NCBI GenBank assembly: GCA_951406725.2
Contig: OX597825.1
Coordinates: 45,694,001-45,758,000, forward strand
From: Octopus vulgaris
Lineage: Eukaryota
DNA: 64,000 bases
Direction: 5' to 3'
The notes beneath the pieces were generated by a model. That model was not told where the DNA came from. It saw only the letters and a list, made by a program, of their open reading frames with translations, and ran no database searches. Of the stretch, positions 1-12,018 are shown in pieces; the first letter of the stretch is position 1; the number at the start of each line of letters is the position of its first letter. Both the position numbers and the translations under genes were made by a program.

Positions 1-51
1 GGGGCTGAATTGCTTGAAAGTACTGTTAATGATTGCACTGAATTATGATGA

Positions 52-573
52 TTATTCAGGCAAATATTGATATAAGCTTACGGTGGGAGATAAGGACTTA
101 ACGATCAAACGTGTGCCATTGCATTGTTTTGGGGGAACCAAATTTCTGATGAACATTATAGGGGCACCAACTTTAAGTTTGAGAAAGTGTGGTGGTAGTC
201 CAGGGTGCTCAAAGGAATTGAGTACCTCTATTGGATAATTGATGACGTCCTCTGGGTCAGGAGTTGTATCGATAGACTGATATACATAGACTTCCCCAGG
301 AATGAGTTTCAGCATTTCATCATTAATATGGTGAACAGTTTTATTCCTCGGGGCCAGTATAGCCTTTTTGCCAATCCAATCCATATTCTGATAATTAGCT
401 TGTAGATCTGGGAACACTGCATCTCTGAGATCAGAAGGCGTCTTAACAATGGTACAAATGGAATCGATGGCAATATTACCATTTTCATCCCCTGGTATTT
501 TGCCTTCGCCAAGTGCAAGGAGGGTGTGAGGAAATGCTGCTGATGTGATATTACGTCGCATATGAGCACGCAT
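52..573 (-). pseudogene. Helitron RepHel PIF1-type helicase fragment
   Basis: The translation carries the Helitron/PIF1 helicase motifs AILAPRN, YPIEVLNS..GLPPHFLKLKVGAPIMFIRNL and CNGTRL. It is truncated and abuts a Helitron-like terminus at about 600-820. Confidence 0.85.
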
Positions 574-820
574 ATTGGTGTGAAGTTTGAGAGTTACTTC
601 CGTTTATTTTAAAAAATATGCATTAAAATGGAAAAAAATGATGGTAAATTATTTGTAAAATCATAGACTCATTGTAGATGCGCGCTAATACCCAGAAGGG
701 CTCGATATGAATCACGACTATAAGATACCCGGTTTTGGTTAAACTGCATCGCAAAATGTGGGAGTAGTTAGGAATCTAAATCGGAGTAGACAGACACACA
801 ACCTTCTTTTATATATAAAT
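574..820 (-). mobile_element. Non-autonomous Helitron-like 5' terminal region
   Basis: Shares aaaatggaaaaaaatgatggtaaatt and a cagacacac...ttttatatata end with the element at 12019-12395. Confidence 0.5.
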
Positions 821-1300
821 ATTTTCGTCCTAAAAAACTTTGTATGGATTGAATGGTTACCTCTATGGAAATATATACACGCACATTATACATACATGTG
901 TGTACAGATGAACATATAAATACATTTAAATATCTATATACACTTTTGGGCGATCTTTCTGTTTCTTAGAGATAACTTTAGATCTTATTTTCGTGCTAAA
1001 AAACTTTGTATGGAGTGAATGGTTACCTCTATGGAAATATATACACACACGTTATACATACATGTGTGCATAGATGAATATATAAATACATTTATATATC
1101 TATATACACTTTTGGGCGATCTCTGTGCTACTTAGAGATAACTTTAGATCTTATTTTCGTCCTAAAAAACTTTGTGCGGAGTGAATGGTTATGTGTATGG
1201 AAATATATACACACACATTATACATACATCTGTGTATAGATGAATATATAAATACATTTAAATATCTATATACACTTTTGGGCGATCTTTCTGCTACTTG
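821..1300 (+). repeat. Tandem repeat, about 166 bp x 3
   Basis: The unit attttcgtcctaaaaaactttgtatgga...ttttgggcgatct...agatctt recurs at about 821, 988 and 1153. The array resumes briefly at about 1770 after the MITE. Confidence 0.9.
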
Positions 1301-1308
1301 GATATAGG

Positions 1309-1398
1309 GGCGATGTTTCGCTTGTCGTAGCACACGTTTCCGTCGATTTCCGTAAAAAATGTAAACACTGAATCGGCCATACATACATACATACACAC

Positions 1399-1433
<35 letters not shown>

Positions 1434-1761
1434 TACATGCATACATACATATACACATAAACCGAGTAAAAAATTTCAGTTATCTCTCTCTTTCACACAT
1501 TACTCTCTCTGTCTCTTCACACACACTAACAGAAGCACTTCACTTACACAACATACTGTCTGTCTCCCACACTCCATCAAACACACACACACACACACAC
1601 ATGTACATCAATGCGTCCCATGCACGGTAACTTCAAAAGAACTTCCCTCGTCATACAATCGCTTTCTCTTAGTCTCTTTCGCTCTCATTACTTATGTAAA
1701 AAAATAAAAGTTTTTTACGGAAATCGATGGAAACCTGTGCTACGACAAGCGAAACATCGCC
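1309..1761. mobile_element. MITE with about 50-bp TIRs and 8-bp TSD (Merlin-like ends)
   Basis: The TIR GGCGATGTTTCGCTTGTCGTAGCACA.GTTTCC.TCGATTTCCGTAAAAA is present at both ends. The TSD gatatagg lies at 1301-1308 and 1762-1769. Confidence 0.85.
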
Positions 1762-2339
1762 GATATAGGTCTTATATTCGTCCTAAAATACTTTCCTGTC
1801 ACACACTCACGCACACACACACACACACACGCGCACACACACACACGCACACACACACTCACACACACGCACGTTAGCTTACAATTTTATTTATATATTT
1901 GCGTGTCTATGTGTGTAAAGAGGAAGTGGCAGACTGAAAGAGTCACTCACTACAAAAGGTGAATTACTTTCATTTTATTCTCGCATTCTATTGTCTACCT
2001 GTCAACACACAGTGAATTAGTTTCAGTTTATTCGTTGCACACTGTGTGTGTGCGTTTGCGTATGCTGTAACCCAAACTAAGAAAAGCATTTGACATATAC
2101 ACCAGAATGTGAGTTTTCTCAAAATTTTGCTTAATTGGGGTTGAAATTTTAAAAACCGGACCTGGCAAAACCCGATGCATTCTACTCTTAAAAATGCTAG
2201 GTAAATTGTAATTGAAGAAATCCTATATTGTAGATTTCTATAACTGACAAAGGGAGGCAGATAAAATCTGCCTTTTATAATAAGAGATATGTATATACAT
2301 ATATATATATGTATGTATATATATATGTATATATGCAAA

Positions 2340-2600
2340 TAAATGAAAGAATGGAGTTGAACGACGTTTTAACAAAATTCCTTTATTCTTGACATATGTT
2401 TCAAAGGCTGCATATTCCTAATTTTGAAGGAATAAGGGGTGCATTATGCCGCCTTCTCATCAGGAAAAACAAGGAACTTACGTCAGCATCAAGATGAACA
2501 AAAACTTTTAGATGACTGCCCACACGGAGCCATAGCGATAATGAGTGTTTCTTTAAAATATTCCGTTATATCCATACTAAGATAATTCATTCAACTACTT
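2340..2600 (-). mobile_element. Penelope-like element 3' (pLTR) fragment
   Basis: Reverse-complement homolog of 13785-14078, which lies downstream of a GIY-YIG ORF. Confidence 0.75.
2378..2476 (-). ncRNA. Type I hammerhead ribozyme motif
   Basis: Minus strand reads ...tttttc CTGATGA gaaggcggcata...tatgcagccttt GAAA catatg TC aagaataaagg. Stem III is palindromic. Confidence 0.7.
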
Positions 2601-2662
2601 AAATATATATATGTATATATATATATGTATATACATATGTATATACATATATATATATGTAT

Positions 2663-3063
2663 AGGCGCAGGAGTGGCTGTGTGGTAAGTAGCTTGCTAAC
2701 CAACCACATGGTTCCGGGTTCAGTCCCACTGCGTGGCATCTTGGGCAAGTGTCTTCGTGCTATAGCCCCGGGCCGACCAATGCCTTGTGAGTGGATTTGG
2801 TAGACGGAAACTGAAAGAAGCCTGTCGTATATATGTATATATATATATGTATGTGTGTGTTTGTGTGTCTGTGTTTGTCCCCCTAGCATTGCTTGACAAC
2901 CGATGCTGGTGTGTTTATGTCCCCGTCACTTAGCGGTTCGTCAAAAGAGACCGATAGAATAAGTACTGGGCTTACAAAGAATAAGACCCAGGGTTGATTT
3001 GGTCGACTAAAGGCGGTGCTCCAGCATGGTCGCAGTCAAATGACTGAAACAAGTAAAAGAGTA
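2663..3063 (+). mobile_element. tRNA-derived SINE (octopus-type)
   Basis: Head has box A (tggctgtgtgg) and box B (ggttcagtccc), followed by an internal microsatellite and the tail ggcggtgctccagcatgg..cagtcaaatgactgaaacaagtaaaaga. Homologs occur at about 54275, 56460/58521 and 63585. Confidence 0.85.
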
Positions 3064-3470
<407 letters not shown>

Positions 3471-3764
3471 ACACAGACACACACATTCACACCATTCTGA
3501 CCTCCAAAGACAGATCCCCATATCCACTGAACTGTGAAAGAGAAGCAAAGACTTCTATTCAATTCCACATTGCTCTTCCTTCCCACACCCAAACACACCT
3601 CCCAAACTGTCCCTTGAAAGTAGAAAATAGTCTTTGTAAACTAAATATATCTCTTTCTGTCTATATATATATACTACCAAAATATGAGCTTTTTGAATTT
3701 ATAATTTTCTGTGTATATATATTGATACATCCAAACAAACATGATTTTTAATGAAATCCTAATA

Positions 3765-4694
3765 CGAGGGGCGTTCAATAAGTAATGCCCCTGACCCACT
3801 TGCAGTTGTTTGATCTAGCACTTATTTATACCTCTATAGATTAAGTGGCGAATTACAGCTCTGAACTAATTGTGGTTTCTGATTTACAGGTGTTTGAACT
3901 GAGTCAAGTGTGAAATGGAGCCTGTTGAGTGTCGAGCAGTGATCTGGTTTTTGTATTTGAAAGGACGCACACCACGGGAGACTTTTGATGAAATGAAAGT
4001 AACTTATGGTGATGATGCCCCATCATATGACCTTGTAAAACGCTGGCATTGTGAATTCAAACATAGTCGGAACTCTGTGGAAACAGCTCCCAGATCTGGT
4101 CGCCCCCTTCTGCCATTGATGAGACGTCTGTCCGTCAAGTTGAGGCTGCCATTTTGGAAGGTCAACGCATAACTATTCGCCAAATAGCCCATAAGGTCAA
4201 GATTAGTACCGGGTCTGTGGAAACTATCATTCATGACCATTTGCATATGCAAAAGGTGTCTGCCAGATGGATTTCCAGGTTGCTCACACCTTTCCAGAAG
4301 CAAGAACGCGTTGAGTGCTCGAGGATGAATTTGGAGATGTGCCAAGAAGATGAGTCAAAATTTTTCAAAAGACTGATCACACAGGATAAAACCTGGGTCC
4401 ATCACTATGATCCATAGACCAAAGCCCAGTCAATGCAGTGAAAGCACCGTGACTCACCTCCTCCAAAGAAGGCAAGGGTGCAGCCCTCCACTGACAAGGT
4501 TATGCTCACAGTCTTCTGGGACCAGGACGGAGTAGTGATGACAGATTTCCTGGCAAAGAGCTGTATCAAACGATGGGAGAAATGCATAACTCTGAGTAAT
4601 TCCTATGTAGGAAAAGACTAATAACTGTGCCAAGTGTTGTTGCTCTACTGCTATGGGAAGTGGGTCAAGGGCATTACTTATTGAATGCCCCTCG
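3765..4694 (+). mobile_element. mariner transposon, internally deleted and frameshifted
   Basis: TIRs cgaggggcgttcaataagtaatgcccctgacccactt are flanked by TA. Transposase motifs GRP, WISRLL and QDKTWVHHYDP are present, but the C-terminal catalytic part is deleted. Confidence 0.92.
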
Positions 4695-4950
4695 TAGGTT
4701 TTATGAACTTGTTAATAATTTCTCAATAAAAATTTTTCTGTAAACTGTTTTTAACATCTTATTATTATCAAAGAATGCTTATAAGTATTGCAACTTTTTT
4801 GCCCAATATTTTAATGAACTTTTTTATATTTTCCCAAGATTTTTCCATGTAAACTGTTTTTAACATGTTCTTATTATTATCAAAGAATATATATATGTAT
4901 TGTAATATTTTGTGACAACCAGTATCTAACACAACAAAGCTTTTATATGT

Positions 4951-4994
4951 TACTTTTGACAATCTGTTTCTAAAAGAGTGAAACCGGTCAAGCA
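4951..4994 (+). ncRNA. Candidate minimal hammerhead, U3-A8 core variant (degenerate)
   Basis: tactt TTGACAA ...gagt GAAA ccgg TC aagca. Stem III is palindromic (ACCGGT) and stem II is poorly paired. Confidence 0.4.
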
Positions 4995-5481
4995 AATAAA
5001 CATCTTTTAAAATTGCATTTTCAAACCTTCTTTCATATATTTGATCATCTGTCATCGCCTCCATAGGGCCCAACATTCAAAGATCATGCTACTGGCAACG
5101 ACCATGATTACGAATTCATGGGTGCCATTCTCATGACACTGACAATGGTCATGACTACAATTTGACAAGTCTTCTCAAGCACAGCATATTGCCAAAGGTC
5201 TTGGTCACTCTAATCTTAATGCTCTTGTGGAGTGTTTTAATAAAGTATGGGATTCGGTATTATCTGATAGTTGATGAATGATTTAGATATATTTCTCCAT
5301 TTTCTTATTTTGTATTATTAATTTATGGTAAAAATAATTTTACCTTTGCCCACCTTATACAGTAAATGAATTAATTGCATCGCAATTCTTAACATTTATG
5401 TATTAGCTTTGTTGGGTATTTCTCTAGCAGTATATTGGATATATGTTATCCCATGGAGGGTTGAATTTACAACCCCTATCT

Positions 5482-5518
<37 letters not shown>

Positions 5519-5520
<2 letters not shown>

Positions 5521-7290
5521 ATGTCATGTTACTTTCGAATGCTACTGGTAACATGTAACCCAGTACATGTCTTCTCTTATACACAGAGATATGGTGGGAG
5601 CAACGCAGAACCATCGGAAAGGACTTGGTTTTGGCGCAGATCAGTTCAGACTGTTTGCAAGCATGATGCAGAGTGAACGCAGATCTGTTGTTAGAAACAG
5701 CGTCAAAACAAGAGAAGCAGAGAGAAGAGAGCTTCATTTGATCCGATGTTTTCATCAAGGTCAGATGACGAGATGGGAAGAACATGTTGTTGAGAGGAAG
5801 ATAAGTTGGGATGAGATATGGAAGTGGACGACATCTCGGCTGAGTTTCTTGATTTGTTCATCTTATGATGTTTTGCCATCACCTACGAATCTAGTAAGAT
5901 GGAACGTCTCAGAGAATGACATCTGCAAATGTGGAAAGGTTGGTACACTGAAACATATTCTTTCCAACTGTTCATTAGCATTGAACAGGTATACATGGAG
6001 GCACAACTTGGTCCTTAAGGTTATCTTCAATGCTATAAAGAACCAAATTCATCTCAACAACACTGAGAAAAAAAAGTTAAAAGTACCATCTAGAGATTTC
6101 GTTACCTTCGTGCGACCAGGTCAGCGGATCTGTTTCAAGAAGAAGATCAAGAAACTTCCTGAGAGAAACGAAAAGTGGAACGGCTATTGGAAGTTGACTG
6201 CAGATATACCTGGGTGCCAGGTTTTCTTTCCCATCCCAGTTACGAAAAAACCAGATATTTTGATATGGTGTGAAAGAAAGAAAGTTGTAAATATAGTCGA
6301 GCTAACGGTTCCTCACGAAGATAATATGGACGACACTCGGGGCTCGAAAATTGAACCATTATGCAAACCTCCTTGAGGAATGTGAAGATGCAGGCTGGAA
6401 AGCCGAACATTTTCCAATCGAAGTTGGATGTAGAGGGTTTGTTGGACACAGTGTGAGATGACTGTTGTTATCGCTAGGCCTAACTCATTGTAAAGTCAAT
6501 ACCACCATGACTGATATCCAATCTACAGTGGAGAAGGCTAGCCACTGGATTTGGTTAAATAGAGACAATGAGCGATGGCTAGAAGGATATTGGGCTTAAC
6601 TTGATAACCAGCTGATCTAACAAGCGGGGCCTCATATCAGTGATGGGGCGCTGGTGCGCATTGATGCCGTCGAGTGGTAGCCCCCGAAACGGCACGCATT
6701 CTCTCCTGATGACCCCATACACTTGCTGGCTTCCGGTATACGGAACTTTAGACTGGTAGCACTTGCATGTGCAAGTTGTTTGCAAGACATGCTGCATGGT
6801 CGGGTCGTCAGCGACTAAACCAGCAACCACACCAAGCTTACTTGGTGAGGAGGGTGTTTATTGGACACCCTGCGGGATGAAAAACAAAACCCGTCAAAAA
6901 GCGGAGGAACTCTTGAGAGTCAACGGCCATCAAATAAATGTCTTGAGGCTGTATCATGCGCGGGGACATAGAAATAATCGGACTGAATACCCGATTGCGC
7001 AATTAAACCATTGGGAGTGAAGGACTCCTAACCTTTGTTAGGGCATCCTTCTAGATGGTAACTCAGGTAACTGGGATAACTCCGACATAAAACCTGCGGC
7101 TCAGTGGTTACTGATGATGTTGACTTGTTCTTCTTTTCGGATTATGGCTGCTGTTGCTTAGTGAGTGGGATTGACTCAGTGCACAGCCTTTCCTCACTTC
7201 AAAAAAATCTTGCACAGGCATTGCACGATAACAACATTGATTAAGCTTCGTGCAATGGCCATATTCGATAACGAGGGCAGCCACCATATA
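5519..7290 (+). mobile_element. 5'-truncated RLE-type non-LTR retrotransposon (HERO-like) with long 3' region
   Basis: ORF 5567-6376 and its frameshifted continuation contain YDVLPSPTNL..W, a zinc knuckle (CKCG...HILSNC), RYTWRHN and the PD..ELTVP restriction-like endonuclease motifs. Part of the 3' region recurs at 19908-20130. Confidence 0.8.
6665..6712 (+). ncRNA. Candidate non-circularly permuted hammerhead in the LINE 3' UTR
   Basis: tgccg-TC-gag ... c-GAAA-cggca ... ctc-CTGATGA. Stem III has 6 bp and stem I has 3 bp; stem II is not evident. Confidence 0.5.
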
Positions 7291-7291
7291 A

Positions 7292-7345
<54 letters not shown>

Positions 7346-7347
<2 letters not shown>

Positions 7348-7850
7348 CATCATCATCATCATCATTTAGCGTCCGTTTTCCATGCTAGCATGGGTTGGAC
7401 GGTTCTACTGGGGTCTGTGAAGCCAGAAGGCTTCATCAGGCCCAGTCAAATCTGGCAGTGTTTCTACGGCTGGATGCCCTTCCTAACGCCAACCACTCCG
7501 GGAGTGTAGTGGGTGCTTTTTACATGACACCCGCACTGGTGCCAGACAGAGCTGGCAAACGGCCACGAATGGATGGTGCTTTTTATGTGCCACCGGCACA
7601 AGGGCCAGGCGAGACTGGCAACGGACACGAAACGGGGCGGTGCTGGCAACGGTCGCAAAACGGAAAGTTCTCTTACATGCCACCGGCACTGGTAACACAT
7701 CTGCAATTTCCATTGATCGATTTCCATTGATCGATTTCGATTCTGATCCTCACTTGCCTCAATGGGTCTTCACAAGCAGAGTTTCGACATGCCACCGGCA
7801 CTGGTAGCACATCCGCAATTTCCATTGATCGATTTCGATTCTGATCCTCT
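7346..7850 (-). mobile_element. RTE-type LINE 3' end with (GAT)n tail and internal ggtgctttttacgtgccaccggcac repeats
   Basis: Same sequence as the 3' UTR of the RT-bearing RTE copies at 22367-24450 and 50980-52720. Confidence 0.8.
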
Positions 7851-7881
7851 GATATTTGTATTTCTGATATATATATGTATA

Positions 7882-7958
<77 letters not shown>

Positions 7959-7964
7959 CTATAT

Positions 7965-8970
7965 GGGGAATGTTCCTTGTGTTGTTTGTCTTGTGTTCTG
8001 TTTTTTCGTAGTTAAAAAAAGTCTGTTCCCTTGTTTTTATGTTTTCGTTTCTCGTTGAGTTCTATGTCTATTTGTGGTGTCCTGTACTCACATATATATA
8101 TTTATATATGCATGTATATATACATGTAGATGTAGGTACATACATATATGTATGTATGCATATATTTTATTTATTAAATTATTGTATGACTGAGCACCCT
8201 CGCGTTGTTTCCTTTCGTTTCTTTCCTTTCTCCAAGTAAGTTTTTATATATAATTATGACACGAAACTCTGTAACCCTTTGCTTGACCTTTCCTGCCTTC
8301 CTGTCTGTCTTCCTCTTTGCCTGTCTCTCTCCTTCTTATTTTTCACCCTTTCTGGTTTCCTTTCCTCTCTCACTCCTCCTCATCTCCCTCACAGCTGAGT
8401 CGACCAACTTCCTTTTCACTCCAGCCTGCTACAAGTCAACATGACTTATTTCCTGCGCTCTGAATTTTTTCCATCGTCTAGGCTAAAAAAGGCCCTCAAT
8501 GTTTGTTTCTTTGTCCTGTTTTTATTCTTTATGTGTACTGTATTTTTTTATATTTGTGTTTTCATTTTGTATTCGTATTTTCATTTGTATTTTTATTTGT
8601 ATTGCTTTTACGTCCTGTTCTTGTCACATTTTTTCCTTTCCTTGTTTTTACCCCTCTGCAAAGGAATTGCAGGAAGGACCAGTCCGACGGGCGTGTTCTG
8701 TCCTTACCTTCGAAACACGCATGGAGTCGAACCGGGGACAGCTGATGAAGGGGAATGTTCCTTGTGTTGTTTGTCTTGTGTTCTGTTTTTTCATTGTTAA
8801 AAAAAGTCCATTCCCTTGTTTTTATGTTTTCGTTTCTCGTTGAGTTCTACGTCTATTTGTGGTGTCCTGTACTCACATATATATATTTATATATGCATGT
8901 ATATATAATTGTAGATGTAGGTACGTACATATATGTATGTATGTATGCATATATTTTATTTATTAAATTA
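7965..8970 (+). mobile_element. Non-coding repeat of about 785-bp period with about 215-bp terminal redundancy (pLTR/retrozyme-like)
   Basis: 7965-8180 is repeated at 8750-8970. It is flanked by (TA)n, carries an HHR-like motif at 8691-8753, and has an inverted homolog at 10806-11570. Confidence 0.7.
8691..8753 (+). ncRNA. Non-circularly permuted (pseudoknotted) hammerhead candidate
   Basis: gcgtg-TT-ctgtcctt a ccttc-GAAA-cacgc [13 nt] ggggacag-CTGATGA-agggg. Stem III is 6 bp perfect and stem I is 8 bp with two G-U pairs. Confidence 0.65.
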
Positions 8971-8979
8971 TATCTATAT

Positions 8980-9015
<36 letters not shown>

Positions 9016-9080
9016 GTATGTATGTATATATATGTATGTATATGTATGTATGTATATATATGTATGTATGTATATATATG

Positions 9081-9136
<56 letters not shown>

Positions 9137-10783
9137 CAGTTGTGGCCAAAATGTTCAGAACGGCATTGTTTTCGTCAGAAAAGTAAGTATAAGTTTTTAT
9201 CAAAGTAGTTTTATATTCTATAATTTTCACAGACAATAAATACAATATTCATTGTTATTGTCTGAGATTTTGGTGTAATTTGAGTGGATAATACAAAAGT
9301 TATGGATGATTTTGGTGTAATTTGAGAGGATAATACAAAAGTTATAGATGATTTAGTGATGTACTGCAAAACCCATGGTGGCCAAAATTATCAGAACGCT
9401 TGCTTTTACTCCGTGTTTTAGTATACTTTAACGGCAAACTCTAATGTTTTGAATTTGTTTACGTGACGGTTCGTTTACTAAACATTAGTAAGAATATTTG
9501 CAGTGTACTTTGTTAATATAATGCCACTTACTCCTTTACCAATTTGTCAGCAGATTACTAAGCTTCGAATAAAGGATAATTTAAGTATTGGATCTATTGC
9601 AAATATTGTTAACAAGTCAAAAAGTGTTGTACACGGTATTCTTAAGGTCTACGATGATTGTGGTTCATGTGAAGCAAGAAAGTTTACAGGTAGGCCAAGA
9701 AAAACGACCAAGAGAGAAGATCGTGCTATGGTAAAGTTGGTTAAAAAGGACAGATTTAAAACTGCTGCTACTGTTTCTTGGAAAATGAGCATTATATTGA
9801 AGAAAACTTTATCTCGAAAAACTGTCTCGTCGTTTAGTTGAATATGACCTACAAGCAAGAGCACCTGCAGTGAAGCCACTGATCAGCTCCAAGAATAAAA
9901 AGTGTTGTCTTACCTTTGCAACCGAACATGTGTTGTGGTCTCAAGAAAAATGGCAAACGGTGCATTTCAGTGATGAATCTAAGTTTATGTTATTTGGCTC
10001 AGATGGGAAAAGGTACGTTCGTAGAAAAGTAGGTGAAAAATTGTCGCCTAAATGCCTTAAGACTAGTGTTAAATTCAGTGGAGGAAGTGTCATGGTTTGG
10101 GGGATGATATCTGGAGATGGTGTGGGCCCTTTGGTGCGATTACATGGAAAGGTAAATGCAGGAGTTTATAAACAACTTGTAAAAGATCATGTCTTGCCTG
10201 TGCTGAGAAATTCAACTAAGCGAATGCCCCATGTCACAAGGCTAAGGTGGTCATGAACTTCCTCAAGGCTGAAAAGGTTATTGTTATGGATTGGCCTGCT
10301 CAAAGCCCAGATCTCAATCCTATTGAAAATGTATGGAATATTCTAGGAGAACGTTAGAAAGCCAGAAATCCTAAAACAACTGAGCAATTATGGAATGCCC
10401 TTCAGGAGGAATGAAATAAGATCACCCAGCAAGAAATTGAAAATTTAATTTCCTTATGCAGTCGAAGATGTCAGAGTGTGATTGAAGCTAAAGGGCTTCA
10501 CACTAAAAATTAAATAATTCCAGTATTCTCTGTCATTTTTTATTATATTGTTATTTTTTCAACCGTTCTGATCATTTTGGCCGCCATGGGTTTTGCAGTA
10601 CATCACTAAATCATCCATAACTTTTGTATTATCCTCTCAAATTACACCAAAATCTCAGGCAATAACAAATAATATCATATTTATTGTCTGTGAAAATTAT
10701 AGAATATAAAACAACTTTGATAAAAAATTATATCTACTTTTCTGATGAAAACAATGCCGTTATGAACATTTTGGCCGCCACTG
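9137..10783 (+). mobile_element. Tc1-family transposon with long IR/DR-type TIRs and a dead transposase
   Basis: CAGT...ACTG ends with TA flanks. The long TIRs contain repeated ggccaaaat...cagaacg motifs. GRPRKTT, FSDESKF, GGSVMVWG and SPDLNPIENVW are present with frameshifts and stops. Confidence 0.92.
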
Positions 10784-10805
10784 TATATATATATATATAT
10801 ATATA

Positions 10806-11570
10806 TAAAAACTTACTTGGAGGAAACGAAACGAAATGACACGAGGGCGCTCAGTCATACAATAGTGTAATAAATAAAATATATGCATACATACATACAT
10901 CTACATGTATATATACATGCATATATAAATATATATATGTGAGTACAGGACACTACAAATAGACGTAGAACTCAATGAGAAACGAAAACGTAAAAACAAA
11001 CAAGGAAATGGACCCTTTTTTTAACAACGAAAAAACAGAGTACAAGACAAACAACACAAGGAAAATTCCCCTTCATCAGCTGTCCCTAGTACGACTCCAT
11101 GCGTGTTTCGAAGGTGAGGACTCGTTGAACTAGCCTTTCCTGCAAAAGAATTAAATAAAATTCCTTTGCAGAGGGGTAAAAACAAGGAAAGGAAAAAATG
11201 TGACAAAAACAGGACGTAAAAACGATACAAATAAAATTACAAAATTAAATACAAAATAAAAATACAATTACAAAAAAATACAGTACAAGAAATAAAAACA
11301 AACAAGAAAACAATGAGGGCCTTTTTTGGCCTAGACGAGGAAAGATTTTTAAGAGCGCAGGAAGAAAGCGTGTTCACTGTTAAGAGGCCGCAAGCGAAAG
11401 GAAGTGGTCGCCCGGCTGTGAGAGAGATGAGGAGGAGTGAGAGAGATAGAGAGGAAAGGAAACCAGAAAGGGTGAAAAAGAGAGACAGGCAAAGAGAAAG
11501 ACAAGGAAGGAAGGGAAGGTCAAGCAAAGGGTTATAGAGTTTCGCGTCATAATTATATATAAAAATGCTA
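10806..11570 (-). mobile_element. Second, inverted copy of the 7965-8970 repeat family
   Basis: Reverse-complement homology. It retains GAAACACGC and CTGATGA at 11068-11120, but the cleavage-site strand is deleted. Confidence 0.75.
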
Positions 11571-11908
11571 GCAGGGTAAACAAAGCGGCAACTTTTTCTT
11601 TCTTTGTATATCCCGTTGCAACACATGGCTTCAGCAACACGGTTCAATTCCTGATATCTTCGTATCAGATAGATTATCCTTGTAGCTGCATATACTACAT
11701 CAAAAGCAAAAATATCCTTCTCAAATATAGTGTACTTGTCACACTTTTCAACTATATTTGCGGTACAGGTCACTTCACTTCTGATAACATTGATCTCTTG
11801 GACGTTCTACTAAACTTTCATAGAGGTATATTTACACGACTTGCTAGTTTGGCGCCATCTTGTATATATATGTATATGTATATATATATATGTATGTATA
11901 TATACATG

Positions 11909-11953
<45 letters not shown>

Positions 11954-12018
11954 GTGTATATATATATATGTGTATATATATGTGTATATATATGTGTATA
12001 TATATATGTATATATATA

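Noticed and set aside
52-573. Host PIF1 helicase gene
   Set aside because: It is an intronless truncated fragment next to Helitron-like termini and is better explained as a Helitron remnant.
7500-7830. CRISPR-like spaced repeats (ggtgctttttacgtgccaccggcac), also at about 22530-22690 and 51140-51460
   Set aside because: The repeats are degenerate, the spacers are related to each other, there are no cas genes, and they form part of the RTE LINE 3' UTR in a eukaryotic context.
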